A DNA stretch of 64,000 bases from an uncultured Gemmatimonadaceae bacterium (GTDB taxonomy: Bacteria > Gemmatimonadota > Gemmatimonadetes > Gemmatimonadales > Gemmatimonadaceae), in the NCBI GenBank assembly GCA_963740355.1, contig CAVUDW010000003.1, forward strand, positions 896,001 to 960,000. Reading direction: 5' to 3'. The stretch's first letter is position 1. Every line of letters begins with the position of its first letter. The notes under the pieces are model-generated. The model searched no databases, was not told the DNA's origin, and saw only the letters and a list, made by a program, of their open reading frames with translations. The position numbers were made by a program, and so were the translations under genes. This document shows positions 38,929-49,597 of this stretch, piece after piece.

Positions 38929-39918
38929 ATGATTCGTTCGTCTGCCCTGGTCGCCGGCATCGCCGCCCTCGTCGTCGCCACGTCAACGGCGCCCCAGCTC
39001 GAGGCACAAGCGCCGCGCGCCCGCGAAGGATTTGTCACCACCGCCGACTCGACGCGCCTCTTCTACCGTGTGATCGGATCGGCGAAGGACACGATCATTG
39101 CGATCCATGGCGGACCCGGCGTCGACCTCGAGAGCATCTACGGCGACTTCCTCCCGCTGGCGCGAAAGCACACCGTCATCTTCTACGATCAGCGGGGTGC
39201 CGGCCGATCGACGCTCCCGCGCGACAGCGTCACGCTGAATGCGACACAGCAGGTGAACGACCTCGATGCCGTGCGACGGCACTTTCGACTCGCACACGTC
39301 ACCCTGGTCGCGCACTCATACGGGCCATTGCTGGCCGCTACATACGCCATCGCACATCCGGATGTCGTGAGTCGGATGGTGTTCTTCGGCCCCGTGCCGC
39401 CGCGTCGCGGTGACTTCTGGCAGCGCTTCGGTCGCAGCATGCAGACCAAGCTCGACTCGACGCAACGTCGCGCACTCGCCGACGCGAACCGTCGCTTGGC
39501 CGACACCAGCGCCAGCGACGCCGCCGTACGCCAGGCCTGCACCGACTACTGGGGCATCGCCATGCGGCCGCGCCTCGCCGAACCGGATCACACCCCGTCG
39601 CTGATTCACGCCGATCTCTGCGCATCAGATGTGCGAGGCATCCGGTACGGCCTCACGAAGACCAATGGCGCCGTCATGGGATCGTACGGGTCATGGGACC
39701 TGCGTACTGCGTTGGCGGGTGTCCCAGCACCAACGCTGGTCGTGCACGGCGAAGACGAAATGATCCCGATGGACCTGGTCGAGGAGTGGACCACTGCACT
39801 CCCCCACGCCACGCTGATGCGGGTGTCGCGCGCCGCGCACTTCACCTACGCCGAACGACCAGAACTCGTCTGGCCGGCGGTCGAGAAATTTCTGGCAACG
39901 CCGGTCGCGAAGCACTGA
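38929..39918 (+). CDS. Alpha/beta hydrolase (proline iminopeptidase-like), secreted
   Basis: IHGGPG, YDQRGAGRS, AHSYG nucleophile motif, HGEDE, AAHF. Confidence 0.9.
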   Translation: MIRSSALVAGIAALVVATSTAPQLEAQAPRAREGFVTTADSTRLFYRVIGSAKDTIIAIHGGPGVDLESIYGDFLPLARKHTVIFYDQRGAGRSTLPRDSVTLNATQQVNDLDAVRRHFRLAHVTLVAHSYGPLLAATYAIAHPDVVSRMVFFGPVPPRRGDFWQRFGRSMQTKLDSTQRRALADANRRLADTSASDAAVRQACTDYWGIAMRPRLAEPDHTPSLIHADLCASDVRGIRYGLTKTNGAVMGSYGSWDLRTALAGVPAPTLVVHGEDEMIPMDLVEEWTTALPHATLMRVSRAAHFTYAERPELVWPAVEKFLATPVAKH

Positions 39919-39945
39919 GGTCGACCGGCGTCGTCGTGCACTCGC

Positions 39946-41253
39946 TTACGGCTTTTTCTTGATCGCCATCAGCAACGACTTCGGCAGCCGCGCCGAGACG
40001 CCGACCTGCGTGCCGACCAGATCAGGCACGTCATAGATCACACCGAAACCCATCACCAGCGCGGCCTCGTTCGACGTCAGCTTGTATTCCGACTCCAGCC
40101 AGCGGGCCAGGTCGGACGTCGCGCTTCGCAACGCCTGATCCACCGAGCCGCCCACACCGATGCTCATGATGTGATCGGCGGTTTCGGCACGCGGAATGTT
40201 CGCGAACTTCCAGCGCGCGACATCGACGCTGAAGGTCACGTCCATGCTCGTTTCCATTGCGTCGCCAGTGAGTTCACCGTCGCCCTGCGCCGCATGTCCG
40301 TCGCCGAGGTAGAGGTAAGCGCCGAGCGTGGTGACGGGGAGATAGAGCGTCGTGCCTTCGCGGAGTTGCGAGTACTCCATGTTGCCACCGAAGGCACCCG
40401 ACTCACGCGACGTCGGCGCCACGCCATCTCCGGGGGCGACCGCGATCACACCAAGGAATGGCCGCAACGGGATCGTGAGACCCGCCAGTGCGGGCGACGG
40501 CTTCTGCAGCCGGGCCACACCAGCCACCGTATCGAGCACCCACTTGTTGTCCGTGTCCACTGACTTGCGCTCGGCTGCGTACGATGGCTCGATCGCGCCA
40601 TCGACGATCTGCGTTCCGCTGAACGCCCAGCCGCGATTCAATCGCACGCGATGCAGCTTCACGATCAGCAGATCGCCCGGCACTGCCCCTTCCACATAGA
40701 ACGGCCCGGTAAGCGGATTGCCGCCGCGCGAGACATGATTGGCGCGGTCCTCCAGTGCACCACGCGCATTGCCGCCGGCGTCGATGGTCGTGGTGCGCAC
40801 CGTGTCGCCAGGGTAAAGCCGAAGCGCCGGTGCGATGTCGGCGCGGAACTCCCGCTGGTACGACGTCGGCGCGAAGGCGAACGACCGCACCGTTGCCGGA
40901 GGCTGGAATCGCTTCGCTGACCACCGGCTCGAGTCGGGATCGATGCCCAGCCATCCGCCGAGTGAGTCGCCCTTGATGGTTGCACGCCAGCGGAAATCGC
41001 CGACGCGAAAGGTCAGCCGTTGCCCGCTGAGCGTGGCAGCGAAGTTCTGGCCATAGACGTTGCCCCGAAGCGAGTCACCGTCCGCCTTCAGCGTCACGCG
41101 CTGCGGCTGCTGATCGCCCTCCATGACGAAGGTCCAGTCTCCCGCCGCGCGTGCCACCGGCGAGCCCTGCGCACGAAGCGCCAGGGGCATGGCGGGCAGC
41201 AGCAGGGCAATAGCGAGCAGGCGGCAGGCGGTGCTGTGCTTGGGCAGGGTCAT
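39946..41253 (-). CDS. Acetamidase/formamidase family protein with N-terminal extension
   Basis: NPLTGPFYVEGAVPGD, FGGNME, GDGHAAQGDGE; signal peptide. Confidence 0.9.
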   Translation of the reverse strand: MTLPKHSTACRLLAIALLLPAMPLALRAQGSPVARAAGDWTFVMEGDQQPQRVTLKADGDSLRGNVYGQNFAATLSGQRLTFRVGDFRWRATIKGDSLGGWLGIDPDSSRWSAKRFQPPATVRSFAFAPTSYQREFRADIAPALRLYPGDTVRTTTIDAGGNARGALEDRANHVSRGGNPLTGPFYVEGAVPGDLLIVKLHRVRLNRGWAFSGTQIVDGAIEPSYAAERKSVDTDNKWVLDTVAGVARLQKPSPALAGLTIPLRPFLGVIAVAPGDGVAPTSRESGAFGGNMEYSQLREGTTLYLPVTTLGAYLYLGDGHAAQGDGELTGDAMETSMDVTFSVDVARWKFANIPRAETADHIMSIGVGGSVDQALRSATSDLARWLESEYKLTSNEAALVMGFGVIYDVPDLVGTQVGVSARLPKSLLMAIKKKP

Positions 41254-41374
41254 GACGTCGGGACGGGTTGAAATGGGGCGGCGACGGACAACATGCTTCG
41301 GAAGGCAGTTCGTCGCGATGCGGCGGTCTGGATGCGCTGCCGCTGCCGATGTACCAGCGCCATCTTGGGCTCCT

Positions 41375-43561
41375 ATGCAGACGACCGTATTGCGCTCGCT
41401 CCTGACCACCCTCCTCGTCGCCTCGCCGCTCCTGGCACAGCCCACGGCCGTCCCTGAGCCGTCGGCCGAGACGAGGCGCCATGTGACGGCACGCCGGGCG
41501 ATCGGCAAGATCACGATCGATGGTCGGCTGGACGAAGCCGACTGGGCCCGGGCGCCGATCGGAACGGACTTCGTGCAGACGAAGCCGAACTACATCCCGA
41601 GCACCAAGTATCCGACCGAATTTCGCGTCCTCTTCGACGACGAGTACCTCTACATCGGTGGCTTCAATCGAGACAGCGCCGGCCTGTCCCAGATGCGGCT
41701 CCCGGATCTGCGCCGCGATTTCGAGCCACCGGAGTCCGATGATTTCGCCATCACCCTCGGTCCCCTTGGCGATCATCGCACGGCCTATCAGTTCCACGTC
41801 ACGCCACTCGGCTCGCAAGGCGAAGTGCAGGCCTTCGACGGTGGCGACGCGTACAACTTCAACTGGGATGCCGTCTGGCGCACGCGCACCACACGCGCCG
41901 ATTCCGGCTGGGTGGCCGAGGTGGCGATTCCGTGGCGTTCACTGCGATACGCGCGCGGGTTGACGACGTGGGACCTGAACGTGATTCGCAGTACCAGACG
42001 CGCCGGTCAGTTCAGCGCCTGGATGCCCTACCCTCGTCAATTTTCGTCGTGGCGTCTGACGTACGCCGGCGCGCTCGACTCGATCCAGCCGCCGACACCG
42101 CGCACCAACATTCGCATCCGTCCCTACGCGCTTGGCTCGGCCCAGAAGGATCGCACGCCGGGTGCCAACAACGCGACGACCGGCGACATCGGCGGTGAGA
42201 TCATCTGGGCGCCGTCGGCCAACACGTTGCTCGAAGCCACCGTGAACACCGACTTCGCACAGGCGGATGTCGATCGACAGGTCGTGAACCTGACGCGCTT
42301 CAGCGTGTTCTTCCCGGAGCGTCGCCAGTTCTTCCTCGAGAACGCCGACCTGCTCACCGCGGGTGGGTTGGGCGCAACGTCACGCTACATCGTGCAGCCG
42401 TTCTTCACGCGACGCATTGGCTTGGGCGACGATGGCACGTTGTTGCCGATCGACGGTGGCGCACGTTTCGCGTACCGCACGGGCCGCACGACGGCGGGTG
42501 TGCTGGCGATGCGGCAGCGCGGTGTGGGTTCCGCCGAGGATGCGACGTTCGCCGTGGCACGCGGCAGCCAGTTCTTCGGCAAGGCGACGCGTGTTGGCGC
42601 AACTGTGGCCATTCGCGATGCCGCGTCATCGTCAGGCGACAATGTCGTCACGGCAGTCGACGCGTTGGCACGACTGGGTGAGCTTGTGCAGTTCACCGGC
42701 ACCGTATCGACGTCGACGCGTGACAACCGCACCGATCTCGCGAGCACCTGGCAGTTCACGCGCACCACGCAGCGCAGCGCGACCGGATTGATCGGCGCGT
42801 GGGTCACCGAGCGATACGACCCGCTCACCGGATTCGTGTCGCGCCCGAACGTGATCCTCACCAATCCCAGCTACAACTACACTTTCCAGCCCAAGTGGCT
42901 GCCAGCGTCGATGATCTGGCTCAAGCCAGGGATCGCGACCTACCTGTACCACTCGCCCGAGAACTACGCGCTGCAGGAGGGATTGACGCAGGTGCGTGGC
43001 GAGGTGCTCTATCGCAATGGTGCCACGCTGGTGCCATTCGTCGAGTCGAACCTGCAACGACCTTCGACGACCGTCGATCTGTTGCCCGGTGTCCAGATCG
43101 CCCCCGGTTCGCACGACTACATGCGCTACGGTCTCGAAGGCAAAAGCGACCAGAGTGCGAAAGTCTCGACGACGGCGAACCTGTCGACCGGCACCTTCTT
43201 CGACGGCCGTCTCGATCGCGCCGCAGTGGGGCTGCGGTATGCGCCATCGCCGTATGTGGCGATGCGTGCCGACTACGAGGTGAACCGGCTGCGCAGCATT
43301 GGTACGCGTGACAGCAACTTCGTCACGCATCTGGTGGCGCCGGAACTGCGGGTGTTCCTCAATCCGCGGGTGCAGTGGAGCGCGTTCTACCAGTACAACA
43401 CGATTCAGCAGCGTGGGGCGCTGAATGCCCGGTTCAGCTGGGAGTTTGCGCCGTTGTCGTTTTTGTATGTGGTGTACAATGACCGGCAGGCGATCCTCGA
43501 TGGGACGTCGCCGTCGGCGAGGTCGGTGATTGTGAAGTTGAGTTGGTTGCGGCAGATCTAG
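41375..43561 (+). CDS. CBM9-like/DUF5916 outer-membrane protein (second paralog)
   Basis: ITIDGRLDEADW, WVAEVAIPWRSLRY, TVNTDFAQADVD, FPERRQFFLEN, FFTRRIG. Confidence 0.85.
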   Translation: MQTTVLRSLLTTLLVASPLLAQPTAVPEPSAETRRHVTARRAIGKITIDGRLDEADWARAPIGTDFVQTKPNYIPSTKYPTEFRVLFDDEYLYIGGFNRDSAGLSQMRLPDLRRDFEPPESDDFAITLGPLGDHRTAYQFHVTPLGSQGEVQAFDGGDAYNFNWDAVWRTRTTRADSGWVAEVAIPWRSLRYARGLTTWDLNVIRSTRRAGQFSAWMPYPRQFSSWRLTYAGALDSIQPPTPRTNIRIRPYALGSAQKDRTPGANNATTGDIGGEIIWAPSANTLLEATVNTDFAQADVDRQVVNLTRFSVFFPERRQFFLENADLLTAGGLGATSRYIVQPFFTRRIGLGDDGTLLPIDGGARFAYRTGRTTAGVLAMRQRGVGSAEDATFAVARGSQFFGKATRVGATVAIRDAASSSGDNVVTAVDALARLGELVQFTGTVSTSTRDNRTDLASTWQFTRTTQRSATGLIGAWVTERYDPLTGFVSRPNVILTNPSYNYTFQPKWLPASMIWLKPGIATYLYHSPENYALQEGLTQVRGEVLYRNGATLVPFVESNLQRPSTTVDLLPGVQIAPGSHDYMRYGLEGKSDQSAKVSTTANLSTGTFFDGRLDRAAVGLRYAPSPYVAMRADYEVNRLRSIGTRDSNFVTHLVAPELRVFLNPRVQWSAFYQYNTIQQRGALNARFSWEFAPLSFLYVVYNDRQAILDGTSPSARSVIVKLSWLRQI

Positions 43562-43648
43562 GTTCAACGGGCGCCCCGCACACGATCGACGGCGATCCAC
43601 TCGACGTCCGCCGCTGGCTTCGTCACAGGTGGGCGTTAGTGTGGGAAG

Positions 43649-46600
43649 ATGGACAGCTCTCCCAACGACCGGCGTGCGCTAGTTCGACATGCGGTTCTGC
43701 GCTTTGCGCGCGGCGCCTGTGCGAGCGCGGCAATTGCCGCTTGCAGCGCATCGGCCGCGGCGCCACATGTCGGCGTGCAATCACCCGCCATGCAGGCGAT
43801 TGCCGAGGCATGGCGGGGCTACCCTGCACTTTCGTTACAATCCGCGCCCGCGTGTAGTGCAGCGACGACAGCGATTCCACAGGTCTCGTGCGGCACTCGA
43901 CCGCCGATTGACGGGCCCAAACTCGCCGCGCTGACGGCGCTCGCCGGTACCACCGCCACCGCCGGCTCGGCCCAGACCACGGGTGTTCGCTCGACACGGG
44001 ACATGCATCAGCTGGCACTGATCGACCTCGGGATCACTCCAGAGGACCGAGCGTCGATGGATCGCGCGGTCAATGCACTAGATGAAGCTGCCGCGCGAAC
44101 CGATGCCTCCGGCGACGTGTTGATCGATCACGCGGCCGCCCATCTCCAGCGGTACGCGACAGCACACGCCATCGCCGACGTGTTGACGGCACTCGAGTCG
44201 TCCCGGAAGTCCGTTGGATTGCTACCGGACCGTTGGCAGGCGTGCTGGAATCACGCGCTCGCCATGACATGGGCCGGCATGCAGCTCTCGAGCGCGCGCG
44301 AGTGGAAGCGATGCGGCACACTCGCGGGACTACGGCCGGAAGTAGTCCGGATCGCGACGACTGCGAATCCAGCGCCAGCGACCACCCCAGAAGCGACGCG
44401 TGATTACACGTGGACCGAGGCACTGCCTCAATGGGCGCGGGCCGCAGTGGCTCTCGACAGTGGACCAGTCGATACAGTCCGGTTGCGCCGGCAGCAACTC
44501 ACCTTGGACTCGCTGACTGTCCAGATCGAGCGAGTGGGCTCGGACTTCAGCGTGGCAGCAGTGACGCAGGATATTCAGCGTGCCACGAGCCGCCGCGATA
44601 CGGCGCGCGCTCGACAGATCGCACGGGCAGTTCTGCACTACGTCCGTTCCCGATCTGCCACTGGCGTCCAGAATCCGATCGCCGCACTGGCTTGGCTCGA
44701 TTCCGCCGCACGAATCGTCGGACCGAATAGCGCCCTGCGTCCGTGGATTGAGCTGGAGCGCGGCAATCGCATGCTGGTGACGGGTCCGACTCGTCAAGCG
44801 CTGGCGACATTCCAACGCCTCGCTGCGGTCAAAGGGCGCCGATCTGAACTCTTTTACCTGCGGGCGCGCTACGGTGCGGCGCTGTCGCTCGGCTCACTGG
44901 GTCAGACGGCCGAGGCGGTGCAGTCGCTCGCGCGGATCGAGGCTGGTTGTCAACACGAGGGCTACGCGCAGTGTGCGCTCGGTGCCAGCGCCATGGCGGC
45001 GCAGTATTCGACGCTGCTCGGCGATATCGACGAGACAGAACGCATCGCGGTGCGCACCCTCGCGCACCTGACCAATGCGCCACGAAATCAATCTCACTGG
45101 AGCTCCGCATTTTTGCTTCGCAAGGTCGCAGAGCTTCGTCGCCTTCCATTGGCGGCGGAAGGCCTCGATGCCGAGGCGATCGAGATTTCCGATAGCCTGC
45201 ATCGACCGGATCTCGCGAACCAGCTGGCGTTCGAGCGGGCGCGAAGTGCGATCGAACGCGACGATCCGCGCCGCTCAGCACGGCTCGTCACCGAACTCCG
45301 GACTCGATGGTATCCGCGACAAAGCGCAGAAGATCAGGCGTGGGCCTTGGTCGACCTGATGCATCTGGAGGGCGATGCCCTTCGAACCAGCAATCCGGCA
45401 GCGAGTATCCGTATCCTCAACTCTGCCCTTGGGCTCGCGTCGCACGACGAGAACGAGACACGCAGCACGCCGATCCGCTTCGCTCGCGCGAGGTCGCGAC
45501 TGGCGGGCGGTGATACCGCCGCGGCCCTGGCAGAACTGGATCAGATCGTTCGGCGCATCCGCTTGCGCGGCGGGCCGCGGCTGACGGTCTTTGAATCGGC
45601 GCGGCTGACACGAGTGTTGGAGGGCGTCGCGAACGCCAGCGCACGCGTGCTGCGAGCGCGTGGTGATGCGCTGGGGGCGCTTCATGCGCTGAGCGGACGC
45701 CCGTTCCTCGACGGCACTGCGTCGGCGTGCTGCGGCGCGCAGCAGGGTGCTCCACTTGCCGTCCGTATCCTCGGCGACTCGGCGTGGATCTGGACTCGCC
45801 GTGATGACAAGTGGCGGCTCGACGTGCGATACCTGCCAGGTCATGTGCTGAACGGCGCTGCGTCGCTGGACGATCAGAGTCTGGCGCAGCTACGCCAGAC
45901 TCTGATCGCGCCACTGGTCGCGGGTGGGAATGTGGCCGCGTTGTGCATCGACGCGCGCGGCACGGCGGCGGAGATCCCGTGGGCTGCGCTGCGGGATGCG
46001 AGGACCCGGCGGTACCTGGTTGAGGATATCGAGCTGCACTTGCTCGACGATGTGTCGGCAGGCTGTCCGGTGGCAGCGCCGGTCGCGCAATTCGCGAACG
46101 TGGTGTTGGTCGATGCCGCGCGACTCACGGGAGCGCACGCGCTTCCTGCTGCGAAGCGTGAAATCGCGGAGCTCGGTCGTCTGTGGGCGGGAGCGGCTCG
46201 CGTGGTTGATGCGACACGCGGAAGTGCGGTCACGCTGCGCGCCATGTCACGCGCTGGGCTGGTTCACTTCGCAGGCCACGCGGTGCTCGATCGCGGCCGC
46301 TCGGACTACTCGTATCTGGCGTTGCCTACCGCGTCCGACTCAATGATTCGTGGCGACGCCATCGCGCGCAGCCGGTTCCAGTCGGCTCCGGTGGTGGTGT
46401 TGGGTGCCTGTGAGACCAGCCGGCGTGAGAGCGGCGCGCTGGACGGCTTCAACTCAGTGGCTGGCGCGTTCCTCGATGCGGGCGCGCGGGCCGTGATCGG
46501 TGCGGCATGGCCGGTGGATGATGCCCCGACGGCGCAGTTGATGTTGGCGTTGCATCAGGCGCTGCGGCGGAAATTGCCTCCCGCTGCCGCGCTGCGGCTG

Positions 46601-46699
46601 GCGCAGTTGATGGCGATTCAGTCGTCCGATCCAACGCTTAATTCACCCAGGGTGTGGGCGGCATTCTCGGTCATGGGGAGTGGAGGGCGAGGGCGATGA
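43649..46699 (+). CDS. CHAT domain (caspase-like) protein with TPR-like helical region
   Basis: IPWAAL, VHFAGHA, VVLGACET, AFLDAGARAVIGAAWPVDD, ALRLAQL, WAAF. Confidence 0.85.
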   Translation: MDSSPNDRRALVRHAVLRFARGACASAAIAACSASAAAPHVGVQSPAMQAIAEAWRGYPALSLQSAPACSAATTAIPQVSCGTRPPIDGPKLAALTALAGTTATAGSAQTTGVRSTRDMHQLALIDLGITPEDRASMDRAVNALDEAAARTDASGDVLIDHAAAHLQRYATAHAIADVLTALESSRKSVGLLPDRWQACWNHALAMTWAGMQLSSAREWKRCGTLAGLRPEVVRIATTANPAPATTPEATRDYTWTEALPQWARAAVALDSGPVDTVRLRRQQLTLDSLTVQIERVGSDFSVAAVTQDIQRATSRRDTARARQIARAVLHYVRSRSATGVQNPIAALAWLDSAARIVGPNSALRPWIELERGNRMLVTGPTRQALATFQRLAAVKGRRSELFYLRARYGAALSLGSLGQTAEAVQSLARIEAGCQHEGYAQCALGASAMAAQYSTLLGDIDETERIAVRTLAHLTNAPRNQSHWSSAFLLRKVAELRRLPLAAEGLDAEAIEISDSLHRPDLANQLAFERARSAIERDDPRRSARLVTELRTRWYPRQSAEDQAWALVDLMHLEGDALRTSNPAASIRILNSALGLASHDENETRSTPIRFARARSRLAGGDTAAALAELDQIVRRIRLRGGPRLTVFESARLTRVLEGVANASARVLRARGDALGALHALSGRPFLDGTASACCGAQQGAPLAVRILGDSAWIWTRRDDKWRLDVRYLPGHVLNGAASLDDQSLAQLRQTLIAPLVAGGNVAALCIDARGTAAEIPWAALRDARTRRYLVEDIELHLLDDVSAGCPVAAPVAQFANVVLVDAARLTGAHALPAAKREIAELGRLWAGAARVVDATRGSAVTLRAMSRAGLVHFAGHAVLDRGRSDYSYLALPTASDSMIRGDAIARSRFQSAPVVVLGACETSRRESGALDGFNSVAGAFLDAGARAVIGAAWPVDDAPTAQLMLALHQALRRKLPPAAALRLAQLMAIQSSDPTLNSPRVWAAFSVMGSGGRGR

Positions 46700-46851
46700 C
46701 GATTGGGCGCTGCGGCATCAAGTGAGATCCCCCATCATTTGATTGAGTAGCGCATCCGACTTCGCAACATTCGTCTCGCTGCAGATGCGAAGCGTATTCA
46801 CGTGCAGAAATAAGCAAGCCATGTTGCGGCGATTCGCCAGTCGCGGGCTGG

Positions 46852-47508
46852 TCAGAGGCTGGGGGTTCGTGTCGTTGGTATGGCGCCAGATGATTTTGCG
46901 CCTCGCCGTTTGACGAAGACGACGAGCAGGCCAATCGCACAACAGACGAGCGACAGCCCCTCGGGCTCCGGCACCACGTCCTGCACCACCACCCAGTCGA
47001 AGTCGTAGCGCGCCGTGCTGTAGTTCCACGGACCGATCGGAAGATCGTAATGATTGGTCGCGCGAGCCGTGCCACTGCCAGCGATGCGGAATTCGAAGAA
47101 CTCAGTTGGCCGCCTGATGTCACTCCACCGGAGAATGCCGGTCATCGTGATGGGGACCGGCCCCCACGTCGTCGTCCACGAGCGACCGGCGCAGGCGTCG
47201 GCACTGCAATCCGCAACGGCGGACGTGGCAGGTCCGAAAAAACTGAATTGTGCGCGATACGCGGTGAATCCGCGGAACGCAAACGGTAGATTTTCTGGTG
47301 TCGCGGAGAAATCAAACGTACAGCTCCCCGTGCAGTTGCCCGGGCCGACGCGCGAATTGCCTAGGTCGGTAGTGCCGACATCGCCGAGCCCCCAACTCAC
47401 CTGTCCGTTCTCGGCAACCAGACTCTCGAAGAATCCAGCCTGCGCAGGAATGTCGGCGCCGCCAAGGGACAGCGCGAGGAGAAGGTTCGCGAAGATGTTC
47501 AGGTCCAT
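46852..47508 (-). CDS. Secreted PEP-CTERM sorting-signal protein
   Basis: N-terminal signal ending AQA; C-terminal VPEPEGLSLVCCAIGLLVVFVKRR. Confidence 0.7.
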   Translation of the reverse strand: MDLNIFANLLLALSLGGADIPAQAGFFESLVAENGQVSWGLGDVGTTDLGNSRVGPGNCTGSCTFDFSATPENLPFAFRGFTAYRAQFSFFGPATSAVADCSADACAGRSWTTTWGPVPITMTGILRWSDIRRPTEFFEFRIAGSGTARATNHYDLPIGPWNYSTARYDFDWVVVQDVVPEPEGLSLVCCAIGLLVVFVKRRGAKSSGAIPTTRTPSL

Positions 47509-47843
47509 GTCGTCGACCGATGAGAGAATCTGCTGTGGAGCGACGCGATGCTACACGGACCTTACACGACGGTGCGCCGTTGCGAAGTCGGGAAAGCGAC
47601 TACGTACAATGCGCATCATTGATGGAACGGGGCGAGGTGCGCTTGGCGCGAGCAGCTTCAGCCATGGGATGTCATGGTCACCGTATGGCGGCCTACATCA
47701 TCTCGTCGTATCGAAGTCGGCATCCTGCAGTTGAGGCGCGTGAGTGACGGCACTTCGCGCCCGCTGTTCGCGGGGACCTATACGCACGGATCGTTGGATG
47801 GCCTCGTCAGCCAGAGTGTCGCTACCACGTTCGGCCGGAAATG

Positions 47844-47874
47844 AAAAACGCCACCCCGGTATGCAGGGCGGCGT
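47844..47874 (-). terminator. Intrinsic terminator after tRNA-Gly
   Basis: ACGCCGCCC...GGGTGGCGT-TTTT on the minus strand. Confidence 0.6.
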
Positions 47875-47905
47875 AGATCTGATGCGATCGCATTTCATTC
47901 GAACA

Positions 47906-47978
47906 AGCGGGAGACGGGACTCGAACCCGCGACCTTCAGCTTGGGAAGCTGACACTCTACCAACTGAGTTACTCCCGC
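47906..47978 (-). tRNA. tRNA-Gly (CCC)
   Basis: GCGGGAG acceptor stem, TCAGC-TTCCCAA-GCTGA anticodon arm, GTTCGAGTC T-loop. Confidence 0.95.
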
Positions 47979-48077
47979 AGAACCACATCACCACCACGAA
48001 CCCGTACACTCGACTGCAATCCTACCGCGCACCCTGCCGCCTCGCAACCAAGCGGACGACAGCCTCCGCACTGCAAT

Positions 48078-48590
48078 CTAGCGTCGGCGGCTGCCCTGCA
48101 CACGTACCGCCGCCGTCCCGCCATACCCCGTAAGCCCTCGTTCCCGCACCAGAGCCACGACTGGGGTCCGATTCAGTGCCGACGCCACGCGATCGAATGT
48201 CTCGAGCGTCGGATTCGCCCCGCTCCGCTCCAACTTCGCCACGGATTTCGGCGACATCCCCAGCCGCTGAGCCAGATCGGCCTGCGTCAGCCCCTCCTCG
48301 GTCCGGGCTCGGCGAAGCATGATGCGCAACGCGGTCGCCGTCGGAATCACTGGGACCCGAATCGCGCGAGACCCGCGCGGCGCTCGCCTGGCCGGGCCAG
48401 GCTCCATTACCACTCCCCCGGCATCAAGCGTCGCCTCGAGCCAACCAGCCAGCGCTTCGGTCGCCATGGGCAGGAGCCGCTCGATACTCTCGACCTGCGT
48501 CACGCATCCCGGCGCGTCCGGGAACGTCACCACGAATGCACCATCGTCTGGTGTCACGATTGCGGGATAGAACACCGGAGGGCCCTCCAT
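48078..48590 (-). CDS. hicB: HicB antitoxin fused to an XRE HTH
   Basis: YPAIV...FVVTFPDAPGCVTQ...EALAGWL; ARTEEGLTQADLAQRLG..VAKLERS.ANPTL. Confidence 0.9.
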   Translation of the reverse strand: MEGPPVFYPAIVTPDDGAFVVTFPDAPGCVTQVESIERLLPMATEALAGWLEATLDAGGVVMEPGPARRAPRGSRAIRVPVIPTATALRIMLRRARTEEGLTQADLAQRLGMSPKSVAKLERSGANPTLETFDRVASALNRTPVVALVRERGLTGYGGTAAVRVQGSRRR

Positions 48591-48591
48591 C

Positions 48592-48777
48592 TCAGAATCG
48601 AATGCCGGACTGTCGTTCGATCGATTTCAGCGTTCCCTTGCGCAGATCCTTGACCGGATGCGGCACGGTCACGGTTCCAGGTTTTGTCGCATGCTGAAAA
48701 TGGTGGTGCGATCCTTTGACGCGAACCTCGCGCCAACCGTCAGCGCGAAGCGCATTGATCACGTCGCGCGAGTGCAT
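48592..48777 (-). CDS. hicA: HicA mRNA interferase toxin
   Basis: LRADGW..VRVKGSHHHFQH..KPGTVTVPHP.KDL.KGTLKSI. Confidence 0.92.
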   Translation of the reverse strand: MHSRDVINALRADGWREVRVKGSHHHFQHATKPGTVTVPHPVKDLRKGTLKSIERQSGIRF

Positions 48778-48923
48778 GATACAACACTTTCTTGCACGTG
48801 ACATCGGGCAATGTCGCGCGCAAGCGCCATCATGCGCGACGTAGCAAAACCACGCACACACAAACGACAAACGCCCCGGCATGGCCGAGGCGCGCTTGTC
48901 ATTCCGTCATCCAACACGTCCAG

Positions 48924-48995
48924 AGCCACAGAAGGGGATTGAACCCTTGACCGCTCGATTACGAATCGAGTGCTCTACCACTGAGCTACTGTGGC
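48924..48995 (-). tRNA. tRNA-Thr (CGT)
   Basis: CTCGA-TTCGTAA-TCGAG anticodon arm; full cloverleaf. Confidence 0.95.
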
Positions 48996-49026
48996 AGGTC
49001 CCTCATAAAGACCGAGGAAACCACAA

Positions 49027-49108
49027 TGCCCTGACGCGGACTCGAACCGCGACGCCTTGCGGCACCACCCCCTCAAGATGGCGTGTCTACCAATTTCACC
49101 ACCAGGGC
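49027..49108 (-). tRNA. tRNA-Leu (GAG)
   Basis: CCATC-TTGAGGG-GGTGG; long variable arm GCCGCAAGGC. Confidence 0.95.
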
Positions 49109-49157
49109 GTCCCAACCCACGAATCCCTTTCCTGCGACGTATCTCCCAAACTTCCAA

Positions 49158-49231
49158 CGGGGCCGACGGGGCTCGAACCCGCGACCTCCGCAGTGACAGT
49201 GCGGCACTCTAACCGACTGAGCTACGGCCCC
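49158..49231 (-). tRNA. tRNA-Asp (GTC)
   Basis: CCGCA-CTGTCAC-TGCGG. Confidence 0.95.
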
Positions 49232-49329
49232 AATTGTTGTCCTCCACCCGCACCTGCTCCTGCACCACCCAGGACAGCGGACTTTTAATCCGACAGTCGC
49301 CATCCCGCCCCACACCTTCACCCGCAACG

Positions 49330-49401
49330 TAGCGCGTACGGGAATCGAACCCGTCTCTGGACCTTGAAAGGGTCCCGTCCTAACCGATAGACGAACGCGC
49401 C
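49330..49401 (-). tRNA. tRNA-Glu (TTC)
   Basis: GGACC-CTTTCAA-GGTCC. Confidence 0.95.
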
Positions 49402-49478
49402 TCAGGCCAGAATCCCTACTCCACCGGCCACACTCCCAACACCCACACCGCCTCTCCCGCCGCGGCTACTCCACTCCA

Positions 49479-49551
49479 TAGCGCTAACGGGATTCGAACC
49501 CGTGTTCCAGCCTTGAGAGGGCCGTGTCCTAGTCCCCTAGACGATAGCGCC
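49479..49551 (-). tRNA. tRNA-Glu (CTC)
   Basis: CGGCC-CTCTCAA-GGCTG. Confidence 0.95.
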
Positions 49552-49597
49552 GTCGTCGAACAGTTGTCCTACTCCAGCACCACCACTGCACTTCTCA

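Noticed and set aside
43600..47905. Integrated prophage or ICE at tRNA-Gly
   Set aside because: No integrase, no phage or conjugation genes, and no duplicated tRNA 3' end found.
49194..49203. Family-A repeat derived from tRNA-Asp (shared GTGACAGTGC)
   Set aside because: Only a 10-nt match with dissimilar flanks; compatible with chance.
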